Of a DNA stretch of 36,439 nucleotides, positions 27,530-35,322 are shown piece by piece. A program made the translations under genes and the position numbers. The notes under the pieces were generated by a model. It saw only the letters and a program-made list of their open reading frames with translations, ran no database searches and had not been told where the DNA came from. Every line of letters begins with the position of its first letter. Position 1 is the first letter of the stretch. The stretch is from an uncultured bacterium (GTDB lineage: Bacteria > CAYJRR01): contig CAYJRR010000035.1 in the NCBI GenBank assembly GCA_964372275.1, positions 1 to 36,439 on the forward strand, written 5' to 3'.

Positions 27530-28182
27530 ACGATCCGCGCGTTCGTCGATCGCTGGTGATCGGGATCGCCGGTGGGACAGGCTCGGGGAAGTCGACGATC
27601 GCGCGGAACCTGGCGGCCGGTCTCCCGCCGGGGTCGGTCTCGGTGATCGACCACGACGCCTACTACCGCGATCTGGCCGACCGGCCGTTCGAGGAACGGG
27701 AGCGGGTCAACTTCGACCACCCGGACAGCCTGGAGACCGAGCTTCTGGTGCGGCACCTCGACCTGCTCCGGTCGGGAGCCGCCGCGGACGTCCCGCAGTA
27801 CGACTTCCGCACCCACACCCGCCGTCCCGACACGCGGCGGGTCGAGGCGACGCCGCTGGTGATCGTGGAAGGGATCCTCACCTTCGTCGACGAGCGGCTG
27901 CGGGAGCGGCTCGACGTGAAGATCTTCGTCGACACCGATCCCGACATCCGCGTCTTCCGCCGCATCCGGCGCGATCTGGAGCAGCGCGGGCGCTCGTTCC
28001 AGTCGATCCGCGATCAGTACTACCGCACCGTTCGCCCGATGCACCTGCAGTTCGTCGAGCCGTCGAAACGCTGGGCCGACCTGATCGTGCCGGAGGGCGG
28101 AAACAACCGCGTGGCGCTCGACCTGATCCTGGGAAAGTTATGGACCGTCCTCGCACCCGATCTGCCCGCACGCTCCTCCTGA
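27526..28182 (+). CDS. udk: Uridine kinase
   Basis: [55 protein letters not shown]. Confidence 0.95.
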   Translation: MNDPRVRRSLVIGIAGGTGSGKSTIARNLAAGLPPGSVSVIDHDAYYRDLADRPFEERERVNFDHPDSLETELLVRHLDLLRSGAAADVPQYDFRTHTRRPDTRRVEATPLVIVEGILTFVDERLRERLDVKIFVDTDPDIRVFRRIRRDLEQRGRSFQSIRDQYYRTVRPMHLQFVEPSKRWADLIVPEGGNNRVALDLILGKLWTVLAPDLPARSS

Positions 28183-28517
28183 TCCTGCTGGCGGCGGCCT
28201 CCGTCGGCGCATGCCGCCGGACCGGGGTCGAGCGGCGCTGCGAGGCCTGCATCGAACGCGACGGATCGACGTGGTGCGGCCGCGCGGCCGTCGACCTCGG
28301 CAAGCGACCCGGCGCCTCCGAGGGCGAGGTGAAGCTGGACGCCGGCCGCGCCGCCTGCGTGGAGTTGGCGGCGCGGAAAGGGGGCGGCTACGCCGGCCCG
28401 CTCTTCGAGAAGGCCCGGAGCGAGTGCGAAGCGTCGGTGCGCCCGGCCGACCTCCGCCGCGCCACCTGCGAGGACAGAGCCTTCAGCGTGCCGTGGAATC
28501 CGCGGGACGGCCTCTGA
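28140..28517 (+). CDS. Hypothetical Cys-rich lipoprotein
   Basis: Basic then hydrophobic N-terminus with lipobox VGAC; six further Cys; GC3 bias. Confidence 0.6.
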   Translation: MDRPRTRSARTLLLILLAAASVGACRRTGVERRCEACIERDGSTWCGRAAVDLGKRPGASEGEVKLDAGRAACVELAARKGGGYAGPLFEKARSECEASVRPADLRRATCEDRAFSVPWNPRDGL

Positions 28518-29493
28518 CCACGCGGTGGAACCACCAGCCGAACGGCAGGGGCGCCCAGAGCGAGAGCGCGTGGAAGGCGAGCGTCACCGCCACGGCCGTC
28601 GCCGGCCGGACGCCGAATCCGGTGAACAGCCCACCGAGCCCGAGCTCGAGCGTTCCCGGAACGACGACGATCTGCGCCAGGATCGTCGCCATCGTGTAAC
28701 CGGTCGACGCGAGGAGCATCGACGCGCGCGATCCGAGCCCGTGGAAGAGCGCCCAGAGCGTGAGCCCGTCCGCCCAAAGGAGCGCCAGCTCCGCCAGGCA
28801 GACGGCGGCCAGCACGCGCCACGAGAGGACCGACGTCCCGCCAGCTTCGCGTAACCGTTGCGCGTCGAGCAGCAGGGCCCGTGTGTCGACCCCGCGCGCC
28901 ATCCATTGCGGCGCCTTCGACAGCAGTCGGACGAACCCCTCGGCGATCGCCACCGGCGTGCGCAATGCGCGGCGGACGGCGAGCGCGACGATTGCCGCGA
29001 CTCCCGACAGCGCCAGCGCCGGGCCGACGATCGGCATCCCGGCGAGATCGCCGCCGAGCGCGGCCCGCCCGAGGACCGCCGCGGCGAAGACGACGAGCAT
29101 CGCCAGATAGGCGGCGCGCTCCACCAGCACGATCAGCGCCCCCGTTCCCACCGGGATCCCCTGGCGACTCATCGCCTGCACCAGGAACAGGTTCCCCGAG
29201 AGACCCGCCGACGGCACCGCCGAGTTCACGAAGAGGTTGACGACCGCGAGCCGGACCGCGAATCCGAATCCGAGGCGCATCCGCAGCGCGCCGGAGAGCA
29301 GCGCGTAGACGGCGCCCACCGCGAGGTAGGTCACGCCCTGGAGCGCGATCGCCAACAGCAGCCACGCCGGCCGGACGTTTCGGAGCGTCTGGGCGCCGCG
29401 CCCCACCTCCTCCCGCTGCGCCACGGCGAAGGCGGCCAGCAGGACCACCAGCACCAGCGGGACGGCCGGCACGTTCCGGGAACCGATCCGCAC
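28483..29493 (-). CDS. Lysylphosphatidylglycerol synthase TM-region (YbhN/UPF0104) flippase-like membrane protein
   Basis: Multiple TM segments; VNLFVNSAVPSAGLSG, VERAAY, VVVPGTLE, TLAFHALSLWAP. Start uncertain (GTG 29493 or 29472). Confidence 0.75.
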   Translation of the reverse strand: MRIGSRNVPAVPLVLVVLLAAFAVAQREEVGRGAQTLRNVRPAWLLLAIALQGVTYLAVGAVYALLSGALRMRLGFGFAVRLAVVNLFVNSAVPSAGLSGNLFLVQAMSRQGIPVGTGALIVLVERAAYLAMLVVFAAAVLGRAALGGDLAGMPIVGPALALSGVAAIVALAVRRALRTPVAIAEGFVRLLSKAPQWMARGVDTRALLLDAQRLREAGGTSVLSWRVLAAVCLAELALLWADGLTLWALFHGLGSRASMLLASTGYTMATILAQIVVVPGTLELGLGGLFTGFGVRPATAVAVTLAFHALSLWAPLPFGWWFHRVVRGRPADSTAR

Positions 29494-29544
29494 CGCGTTG
29501 GTGCTAGGCGCGCAGGAGGACGCAGCAACGTCGGCCGGAGCGGG

Positions 29545-29574
29545 TTGACAGTGGTGCGCGCCGTCCCCTAGCCT
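29545..29574 (+). promoter_or_regulatory. Sigma70 promoter, leaderless, for the small basic ORF
   Basis: TTGACA-N18-TAGCCT-N8-ATG. Confidence 0.7.
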
Positions 29575-29582
29575 GCGAACCC

Positions 29583-29750
29583 ATGGCACGTTCCAAGTCG
29601 AAGCACGTCCGCATGAAGATGCGCCGCCGGGTGAAGCACAAGCAGCGCATGAAGCGCCGGAAGGCCGCGCTGAAGGCGGCGCTCGCCAAGGCCCCGCCGA
29701 AGGTCAAGCCCGCCGCCAAGGCGCCGGCCAAGGCGGCCGCGAAGAAGTAG
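29583..29750 (+). CDS. 55-aa Lys/Arg/Ala-rich small protein (not in ORF track)
   Basis: MARSKSKHVRMKMRRRVKHKQRMKRRKAALKAALAKAPPKVKPAAKAPAKAAAKK*. Almost all codons end in G/C, it fills the intergenic gap and has its own promoter. Confidence 0.8.
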   Translation: MARSKSKHVRMKMRRRVKHKQRMKRRKAALKAALAKAPPKVKPAAKAPAKAAAKK

Positions 29751-29759
29751 CGCGGACCG

Positions 29760-32156
29760 TCACCGGAAGAAGCGATCGATCTCGGCGTCGGTGAGCGACT
29801 CGCGACCGTCCTCGGCGACGACGACCGCCTTGCCGGCCACGATCTGCACCACGACCCGCTCGCCGATCGACATCGCCTCGCGCAGCTCGGGATGGAGCCG
29901 CACGACCGCGAACCACGCGGGCGACAGGTACTTGACGCGCAGCATGCGCGAGGCGCCGCGATAGTCGGCGTCGACCCAGCTCGCGTCGCGCCAGACGAAC
30001 GTCCTCCCGCCGGCGCGGACGACGCCCGACCCGGCATCCCGGTCGAGGACCTCCTTCTCGCGCTTGTCCTTCACCTTCTTCGCCACCGCCACGCCCCCCG
30101 CGCCGGAGCGCGTCGAGATCTGCGCCGAGGGCGCTTCGAAGGCCATCGCCGATCCGTCGACCGGGCCGGTGGCACAGGTGGAGCAGCCCGGTTCGAATGA
30201 CGGCGCGCCCGCGATCGACGTCGCGTCCTCCGCGGGCGCAGGAGCCGGGGGCGGAGGAGCCGCGACCGCGCCGCGCCCCGCGCCGCCTCCGCCGGCCACC
30301 CGCCCGAAACCGTTCCTCTTCCCTTCGCGGCGCGAACGATCCTCCTCGAACGGCGGCGCGCCGTCGGCCCGGCGGTTCGGCACCGGCGCCGGCGGGAGGT
30401 TCGCGGCCAGCGGCGTGTCCTCGACCACCAGGTAGCTGGTGTAGGGGGTCATGATCCCGAACCGCCGCGCGAGCTGGACCACCTCGTCTCGCAGCTCCGG
30501 CTTCTCGCCGCGCGCGCGGATCTCGTCCAGCAGGTACCCGACTTTGCGCGTCGCCCACAGCCGCGGAACGAACGACCCCGCATCGCGCGGATCGGAGGCG
30601 CCGCGCTCGAACGATCCCTCGTGCACGATCGACTGCGCCCGGCCCTGCAACGTGCCGGTGAGCGTCATCGCCGCCGCCCCGCCCGCTCCCTTGTAGCGGC
30701 CGAAGAGCGTGACCTGCCCGCCCTTGAACAGGTCCGGGATCGTCCGCGGATAGAGGTCGTAGACGTGCGTCTTGCCGAAATCGACGCGCAGGTCGGTCAT
30801 CACGGGGTTGTTGATCTTCGAGGCGAAGGCGGAGAGCTTGAGCTCGACCTCCTCTTCCTCGGTGGCGTACTCCGGAACGCCGCCGTGCTCGGTGGCCAGC
30901 CGGTCGAGGAGCATCGCGTTCAGATCGGTGCCGATCCCGAAGGAGAAGAGGCGGACCCCGCGCGGGATGCGCGCCGACACGTTGGCGAGGATCCGCTCGG
31001 GGTCGGTTTCGCCGACCGTCGGCTCGCCGTCGGTGACGAAGACGATCATCGCCGGCCGGCCGGCCGACGGCTTGATGCGCAACGCCTCGGCGAGCGCCTC
31101 GTCGATCGCCGTTCCGCCGGCGGCCCGGATCTCGTCGACGAAGGCGCGGGCGCGGGCGATCTCCTCCTTCCCCGCCTCGACCAGGCGGGTGGCGTAGCTT
31201 TCGACGCCGGTGGAAAAGCGCACGATGTTGAACCGATCGCGCGGGTGGAGCGATCCGAGTACGAAGCGCATCGCCTCCTTCGCCTTCTCCATCTTCCGGC
31301 CATCCATCGAACCGGAGCTGTCGAGCACGAACACCACGTCCTTCGGCAGCAGGTCGCTCTCTTTGAGGTCGCTCTTCGGCGCGAGCATCAGGACGAAGTA
31401 GCCGTCCTCCGACGCGCGATCCCGGAAGGTGACCAGGTTCAACCCCACGTCCTTCTCGGAGACGGTGTAGAAGAGGGTGAAGTCGCGGTCGAGCCGCGCC
31501 CCCTTCTCCTCGAATCCGGCAATCGCGTGATGGTCCCCCTTGCGATCGACCGAGACCTTGTGCGTCGGGGAGTAGACGCTCTTGAGCGCGATCTTCGAAT
31601 CGAGCGTCACCCGCACCGAGAGATCGCCCAGGAGGCGCGTGGCGCGGCCGCCGGTGGCAAGTGGATAGGTGTAACGACCGACCCCTCCGTCGATCGCCGT
31701 CAGCTCGCCGTACTCGACTTCGATCCGCTGTTCGCCGCGCGGCGGAATCGGGAAGACGCGCGCGCGCAGCAGCCGCCTGCCGGCGTATTCGAGCAGACCG
31801 GGATCCCGCATCCGCGCCACGATCCCCTCGTAGATGCTCCGCGCCTTGTCCGACTCGAGCACCTCGCCGACCACCTTCTTCCCGTTCATCCAGAGCGCGA
31901 ACTCCGAGACGGCGATCCCGTCGGGAATGGGAAAGACGTAGGTCGCCTCCAGCATCCGGTCGGCGCTCGAGACGAAGACCTGCTCGATGCGCGTGCGCGC
32001 GAGCTGGTCCTTGACGGTCACTTCGACGCGCTGGCTCTTGATCGCCAACGGCGAGAGCGAGGCGTCGGTCGGGACGAGAACCTGTGCGTCCGCGGTCGGG
32101 ACGAGGGTGGGGGCGGCGATCGCCAGAGCCGCCACGAGTCGGCGAAGTCGGTTCAT
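29760..32156 (-). CDS. Secreted VIT and vWA domain protein
   Basis: Signal peptide; VIT region (EATYVFPIP, ARSIYEGIV..DPGLLE); MIDAS DSSGSM, GGTAI, TDGEPT; LWATRKV, TPYTSYLVVE. Confidence 0.9.
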   Translation of the reverse strand: MNRLRRLVAALAIAAPTLVPTADAQVLVPTDASLSPLAIKSQRVEVTVKDQLARTRIEQVFVSSADRMLEATYVFPIPDGIAVSEFALWMNGKKVVGEVLESDKARSIYEGIVARMRDPGLLEYAGRRLLRARVFPIPPRGEQRIEVEYGELTAIDGGVGRYTYPLATGGRATRLLGDLSVRVTLDSKIALKSVYSPTHKVSVDRKGDHHAIAGFEEKGARLDRDFTLFYTVSEKDVGLNLVTFRDRASEDGYFVLMLAPKSDLKESDLLPKDVVFVLDSSGSMDGRKMEKAKEAMRFVLGSLHPRDRFNIVRFSTGVESYATRLVEAGKEEIARARAFVDEIRAAGGTAIDEALAEALRIKPSAGRPAMIVFVTDGEPTVGETDPERILANVSARIPRGVRLFSFGIGTDLNAMLLDRLATEHGGVPEYATEEEEVELKLSAFASKINNPVMTDLRVDFGKTHVYDLYPRTIPDLFKGGQVTLFGRYKGAGGAAAMTLTGTLQGRAQSIVHEGSFERGASDPRDAGSFVPRLWATRKVGYLLDEIRARGEKPELRDEVVQLARRFGIMTPYTSYLVVEDTPLAANLPPAPVPNRRADGAPPFEEDRSRREGKRNGFGRVAGGGGAGRGAVAAPPPPAPAPAEDATSIAGAPSFEPGCSTCATGPVDGSAMAFEAPSAQISTRSGAGGVAVAKKVKDKREKEVLDRDAGSGVVRAGGRTFVWRDASWVDADYRGASRMLRVKYLSPAWFAVVRLHPELREAMSIGERVVVQIVAGKAVVVAEDGRESLTDAEIDRFFR

Positions 32157-32319
32157 ACCGGGACCGACACCGCCCTCCCCCGGTAGGTTCCCGGCCCCCC
32201 ACACCGCGGCGTTCCGTGGGACATCGCCGCCTCCCTGTGCACAATCGTGCTCGGACGCGGGGTCGGCCCCAGGTTCGATCCGGATCCGTTTCCTTCGCCG
32301 TTCCAACCCCTTGCGCACC

Positions 32320-32335
32320 GCGTTGGACGTGCCAA
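32320..32335 (-). promoter_or_regulatory. Putative sigma54 promoter toward the VIT-vWA gene
   Basis: Minus strand TTGGCACG-TCCA-ACGC: consensus -24 box and GG-N10-GC spacing, weak -12 box. Confidence 0.4.
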
Positions 32336-32348
32336 ATCGGCGCCGAAC

Positions 32349-32364
32349 CGGTACGTCGGTTGCT
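32349..32364 (+). promoter_or_regulatory. Putative sigma54 promoter of the phospholipase D gene
   Basis: CGGTACG-TCGG-TTGCT (GG-N10-GC), followed by GGGAGGG RBS and ATG 32387. Confidence 0.55.
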
Positions 32365-32386
32365 CTTTCTCCGGCCGGGAGGGTCG

Positions 32387-33871
32387 ATGCGCGGAGCGTT
32401 GGCGGGGCTGGTCGTCTTGTTCGCCGCGTGCGAGGCGCGGGCACAGTGCCCCGACGGGGCGGTGACGCTGCCGGCGTGGATGACGACGACCCACCGCGCG
32501 TCGATCCTTTCGCGCACCGAGTTCGGCGGCGCGGTTCCGCCGCCGGCCCCCTGCGCCAGTCCTTTGATGCGACACATCCACCGGGCCGTCGCCGCCGTCG
32601 CCGACCGCGGAACGGTGCCGCCGCCGCTCGTCGCCACTTCGCGGAACGTCGCGCGGCCCGCGGCGCTGGTCCAGGGTCCGAGGATCTTTCGCCGGATGTC
32701 CGACCTCATCGCCGCGGCCGACCGCGAGGTGCTGATCCAGAACTGGCGCTGGAACACCCAATCGCGGGGGCACACGACCCTGCTTCAGGGTTTCCGGCGA
32801 CTCGCCGCCCGCCGCCGGATCGAGAAGCCCGACGGACCGCCGGTGACGGTGCACCTGCTGGTGAACGTTCGCGCGCTCGAAGATCCGCGGATGATCTCCA
32901 AGCTCTCCGAAGAGCTGGAGAACCTCCGGATCGATCCCAAGCTGGTCCGCTTCGAGATCGCCGGGCACGCGCACACCGGGCTCGGCGCGCTCCACGTGAA
33001 GACGACGGTCGTCGACGGCGTCCACGCCATCACCACCGGGGCGAACGTGCAGAAGAACCACGACACGTTCGGCGACAACTACGACCTCGGCTTCGAGTTC
33101 CACGGCGAGGTCGCGTACGCCATGCGGGCCGACTTCGCGAACGCCTGGAAGGGCAGCACGCGGTGGACCTGCGGAGGGCTGACCGACTACCTCGATCTGT
33201 TCGGCCGGGCGTCGAGCCCGTGCTGGAAGACGAACATCCCGCTGTCGCCGTCGATTCCGCATCTCGATCCGGCTGCGGAGCGTGCCTGCGCCCCCATGCT
33301 GGTCGTCACGCGGCCGGCGGAGCAGAGCCCGTTCGCCAACGACGACCGCAATCCGCAGAACCAGGCCTACCTCGCCGCCTTGGCCGGCGCGCGCGAGCGG
33401 ATCCGGATCGTCACCCCGAACCTCAACGACCGGGCGGTGAAGCGGGCGATCGTCGGCGCGCTCTCCCGCGGGGTGACGGTCGAGCTGGTCACCGGCAAGG
33501 GGTACCAGGACTTCGCCGAACGGATCCCGACCCGCGGCGGGACCAACCATGACGCCTTCCGCGAGATCTTGCAGGAGGCGCGCAAGGCCGGCGTCACCGA
33601 CCCGTGCCGGCTGTTCCGCCCGCGCTGGTACGTGCGCCGCGAAGGCCGGCCGGTGATCGGCAACGTCGACGAGTCGATCCACGCCAAGTACCTTTCGGTC
33701 GACCGGCAGGTTTCGATCGTCGGCTCGGCGAACCTCGACGAGCAGAGCTTCAACAACTCCCGGGAGCTGAACGTGGTGGTCGACGACGCCGCGCGCACGA
33801 TCGACTGGGACCGGCAGGTGTTCGAACCGAACTTCGACCGAGGCGTGCCGATCGAGGAGTGCGGCGGTTAG
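32387..33871 (+). CDS. Secreted phospholipase D family protein
   Basis: Two HKD motifs (LHVKTTVVDG..ITTGAN; IHAKYLSVD...VGSANLD..S..NSRE) and a signal peptide. Confidence 0.85.
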   Translation: MRGALAGLVVLFAACEARAQCPDGAVTLPAWMTTTHRASILSRTEFGGAVPPPAPCASPLMRHIHRAVAAVADRGTVPPPLVATSRNVARPAALVQGPRIFRRMSDLIAAADREVLIQNWRWNTQSRGHTTLLQGFRRLAARRRIEKPDGPPVTVHLLVNVRALEDPRMISKLSEELENLRIDPKLVRFEIAGHAHTGLGALHVKTTVVDGVHAITTGANVQKNHDTFGDNYDLGFEFHGEVAYAMRADFANAWKGSTRWTCGGLTDYLDLFGRASSPCWKTNIPLSPSIPHLDPAAERACAPMLVVTRPAEQSPFANDDRNPQNQAYLAALAGARERIRIVTPNLNDRAVKRAIVGALSRGVTVELVTGKGYQDFAERIPTRGGTNHDAFREILQEARKAGVTDPCRLFRPRWYVRREGRPVIGNVDESIHAKYLSVDRQVSIVGSANLDEQSFNNSRELNVVVDDAARTIDWDRQVFEPNFDRGVPIEECGG

Positions 33872-35322
33872 CGGGAGTCGACGTAGAGCGTCTTCCAGCG
33901 GGTGAAGAAGTCGACGGCGGCGCGGCCGCGCTCGGGGCCTCCGGTGGAGGTCGCCTTCCAGCCGGCGAACGGGACGTGCGTCTCGCCGCCCACGGTGGCG
34001 GAGTTCACGTGGACGATCCCGGCTTCGATCCCGCGCGAGAAGCGCAGCGCCCGGTCGAGGTCGCGGGTGTAGACCGACGCCGACAGCCCGTAGCGGATGC
34101 CGTTGGCCAGACGCAAGGCGTCGTCGTCGCCCGACGCGCGCAGGAGCACCACCACCGGCCCGAACAGCTCCTCTTGTGCGATCCGCGCGGCGGGGTTCGA
34201 CGCGCGCAGGACGGTCGGTTCGACGAAATATCCGTGCCTCGTCGACGGATCCGGCGGGCGACCCCCGCCGCAGAGCCGGTCCACCCCCTCGCCGGCCGCC
34301 TTCGCGAGCTCGGCTTCGAGCGACTCGCGCGCCGCTCCGGAGACGAGCGGACCCATCTCGCTCGCCGGATCGGCGCCGGGGCCGATGCGCAGGCGGCGCG
34401 CGCGCTCCACCAGCGCTTCAGTGAAGCGCCGCTCCACCGCCGAAACGACGATCACCCGCGAGGTCGAGGTGCAGCGCTGCCCGGCGTTGCCGAACGCCCC
34501 CTTCGAGCACGCCTCGGCGGCGAACTCGACGTCGGCGTCGTCGAGCACCACCAACGGGTTCTTCCCTCCCATCTCGCAGAGCGTGGGGATTCCGCGCGCG
34601 ACGGTGGCGGCGCGAACCGCGGCGCCGTTCGTGGCGGAGCCGGTGAACGAGATCGCCGCCACGCGCGGATGCGTCGCCAGCGCGGCGCCGACCTCGGCCC
34701 CCTCCCCTTCGACCCGGTTGACCGTCCCGGCCGGCGCCCCCTCCTCCTCCAGCGCCGCGGCGATCCGCTCCGTCAACCGTTGGTGCACGAGCGGCGTCCG
34801 CGCCGACGGCGCCCAGACGACGGTGTTCCCGGCCGCGAGCGCCGGCGCGATCTTCCAGGCGGAGATCAGCGCCGGGTAGTTCGACGGCGTGACGACGCCG
34901 ACGGCCCCCAGCGGCTCGCGCAGCGTCAGCGTGAGCCGCCCCGGGACTTCCGACGGGAGCGTCTCCCCCGCGATGCGCCGCGTCTCGCCGGCGCAGAAGT
35001 CGAACGCCTCGGCGGCACGGCGGACCTCGGAGCGGGCTTCGGCGATCGTCTTCCCCTGGTTCCGGGTCAACGCGGCGGCGAGCGTCTCCGACTCCGCGGC
35101 GATCCCGGCCGCGATCCGTGACAGGACGGCCCCGCGGCGCGGCGCCGGCCACGCGCTCCACGCGGGGAACGCGGCGCGCGCGGCCTCGACGGCGGCGTCG
35201 ACCTCGGCGGGGCCGGAGCGCGGCGCGTCGCCGATCGGCTCGCGCGCGTCGGCCGGGTCGAAGAACGGCCCGTGCCTGGGCGCGTCGGTCCAGCGGCCAC
35301 CGACGTGGTTCCGCAGGATCAC
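33868..35322 (-). CDS. Aldehyde dehydrogenase family protein
   Basis: FTGS, EMGGKNP, GQRCTS, EELFGPV, YGLSA, PFAGWK. GTG start overlaps the upstream stop. Confidence 0.92.
   Translation of the reverse strand: MILRNHVGGRWTDAPRHGPFFDPADAREPIGDAPRSGPAEVDAAVEAARAAFPAWSAWPAPRRGAVLSRIAAGIAAESETLAAALTRNQGKTIAEARSEVRRAAEAFDFCAGETRRIAGETLPSEVPGRLTLTLREPLGAVGVVTPSNYPALISAWKIAPALAAGNTVVWAPSARTPLVHQRLTERIAAALEEEGAPAGTVNRVEGEGAEVGAALATHPRVAAISFTGSATNGAAVRAATVARGIPTLCEMGGKNPLVVLDDADVEFAAEACSKGAFGNAGQRCTSTSRVIVVSAVERRFTEALVERARRLRIGPGADPASEMGPLVSGAARESLEAELAKAAGEGVDRLCGGGRPPDPSTRHGYFVEPTVLRASNPAARIAQEELFGPVVVLLRASGDDDALRLANGIRYGLSASVYTRDLDRALRFSRGIEAGIVHVNSATVGGETHVPFAGWKATSTGGPERGRAAVDFFTRWKTLYVDSR

Noticed and set aside
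29704-32775. 1023-aa ORF and similar long shadow ORFs (e.g. 11660-14041, 12457-14598, 17069-19267, 22318-24513)
   Set aside because: Alternative or antisense frames of well-supported genes, with no recognisable motifs.
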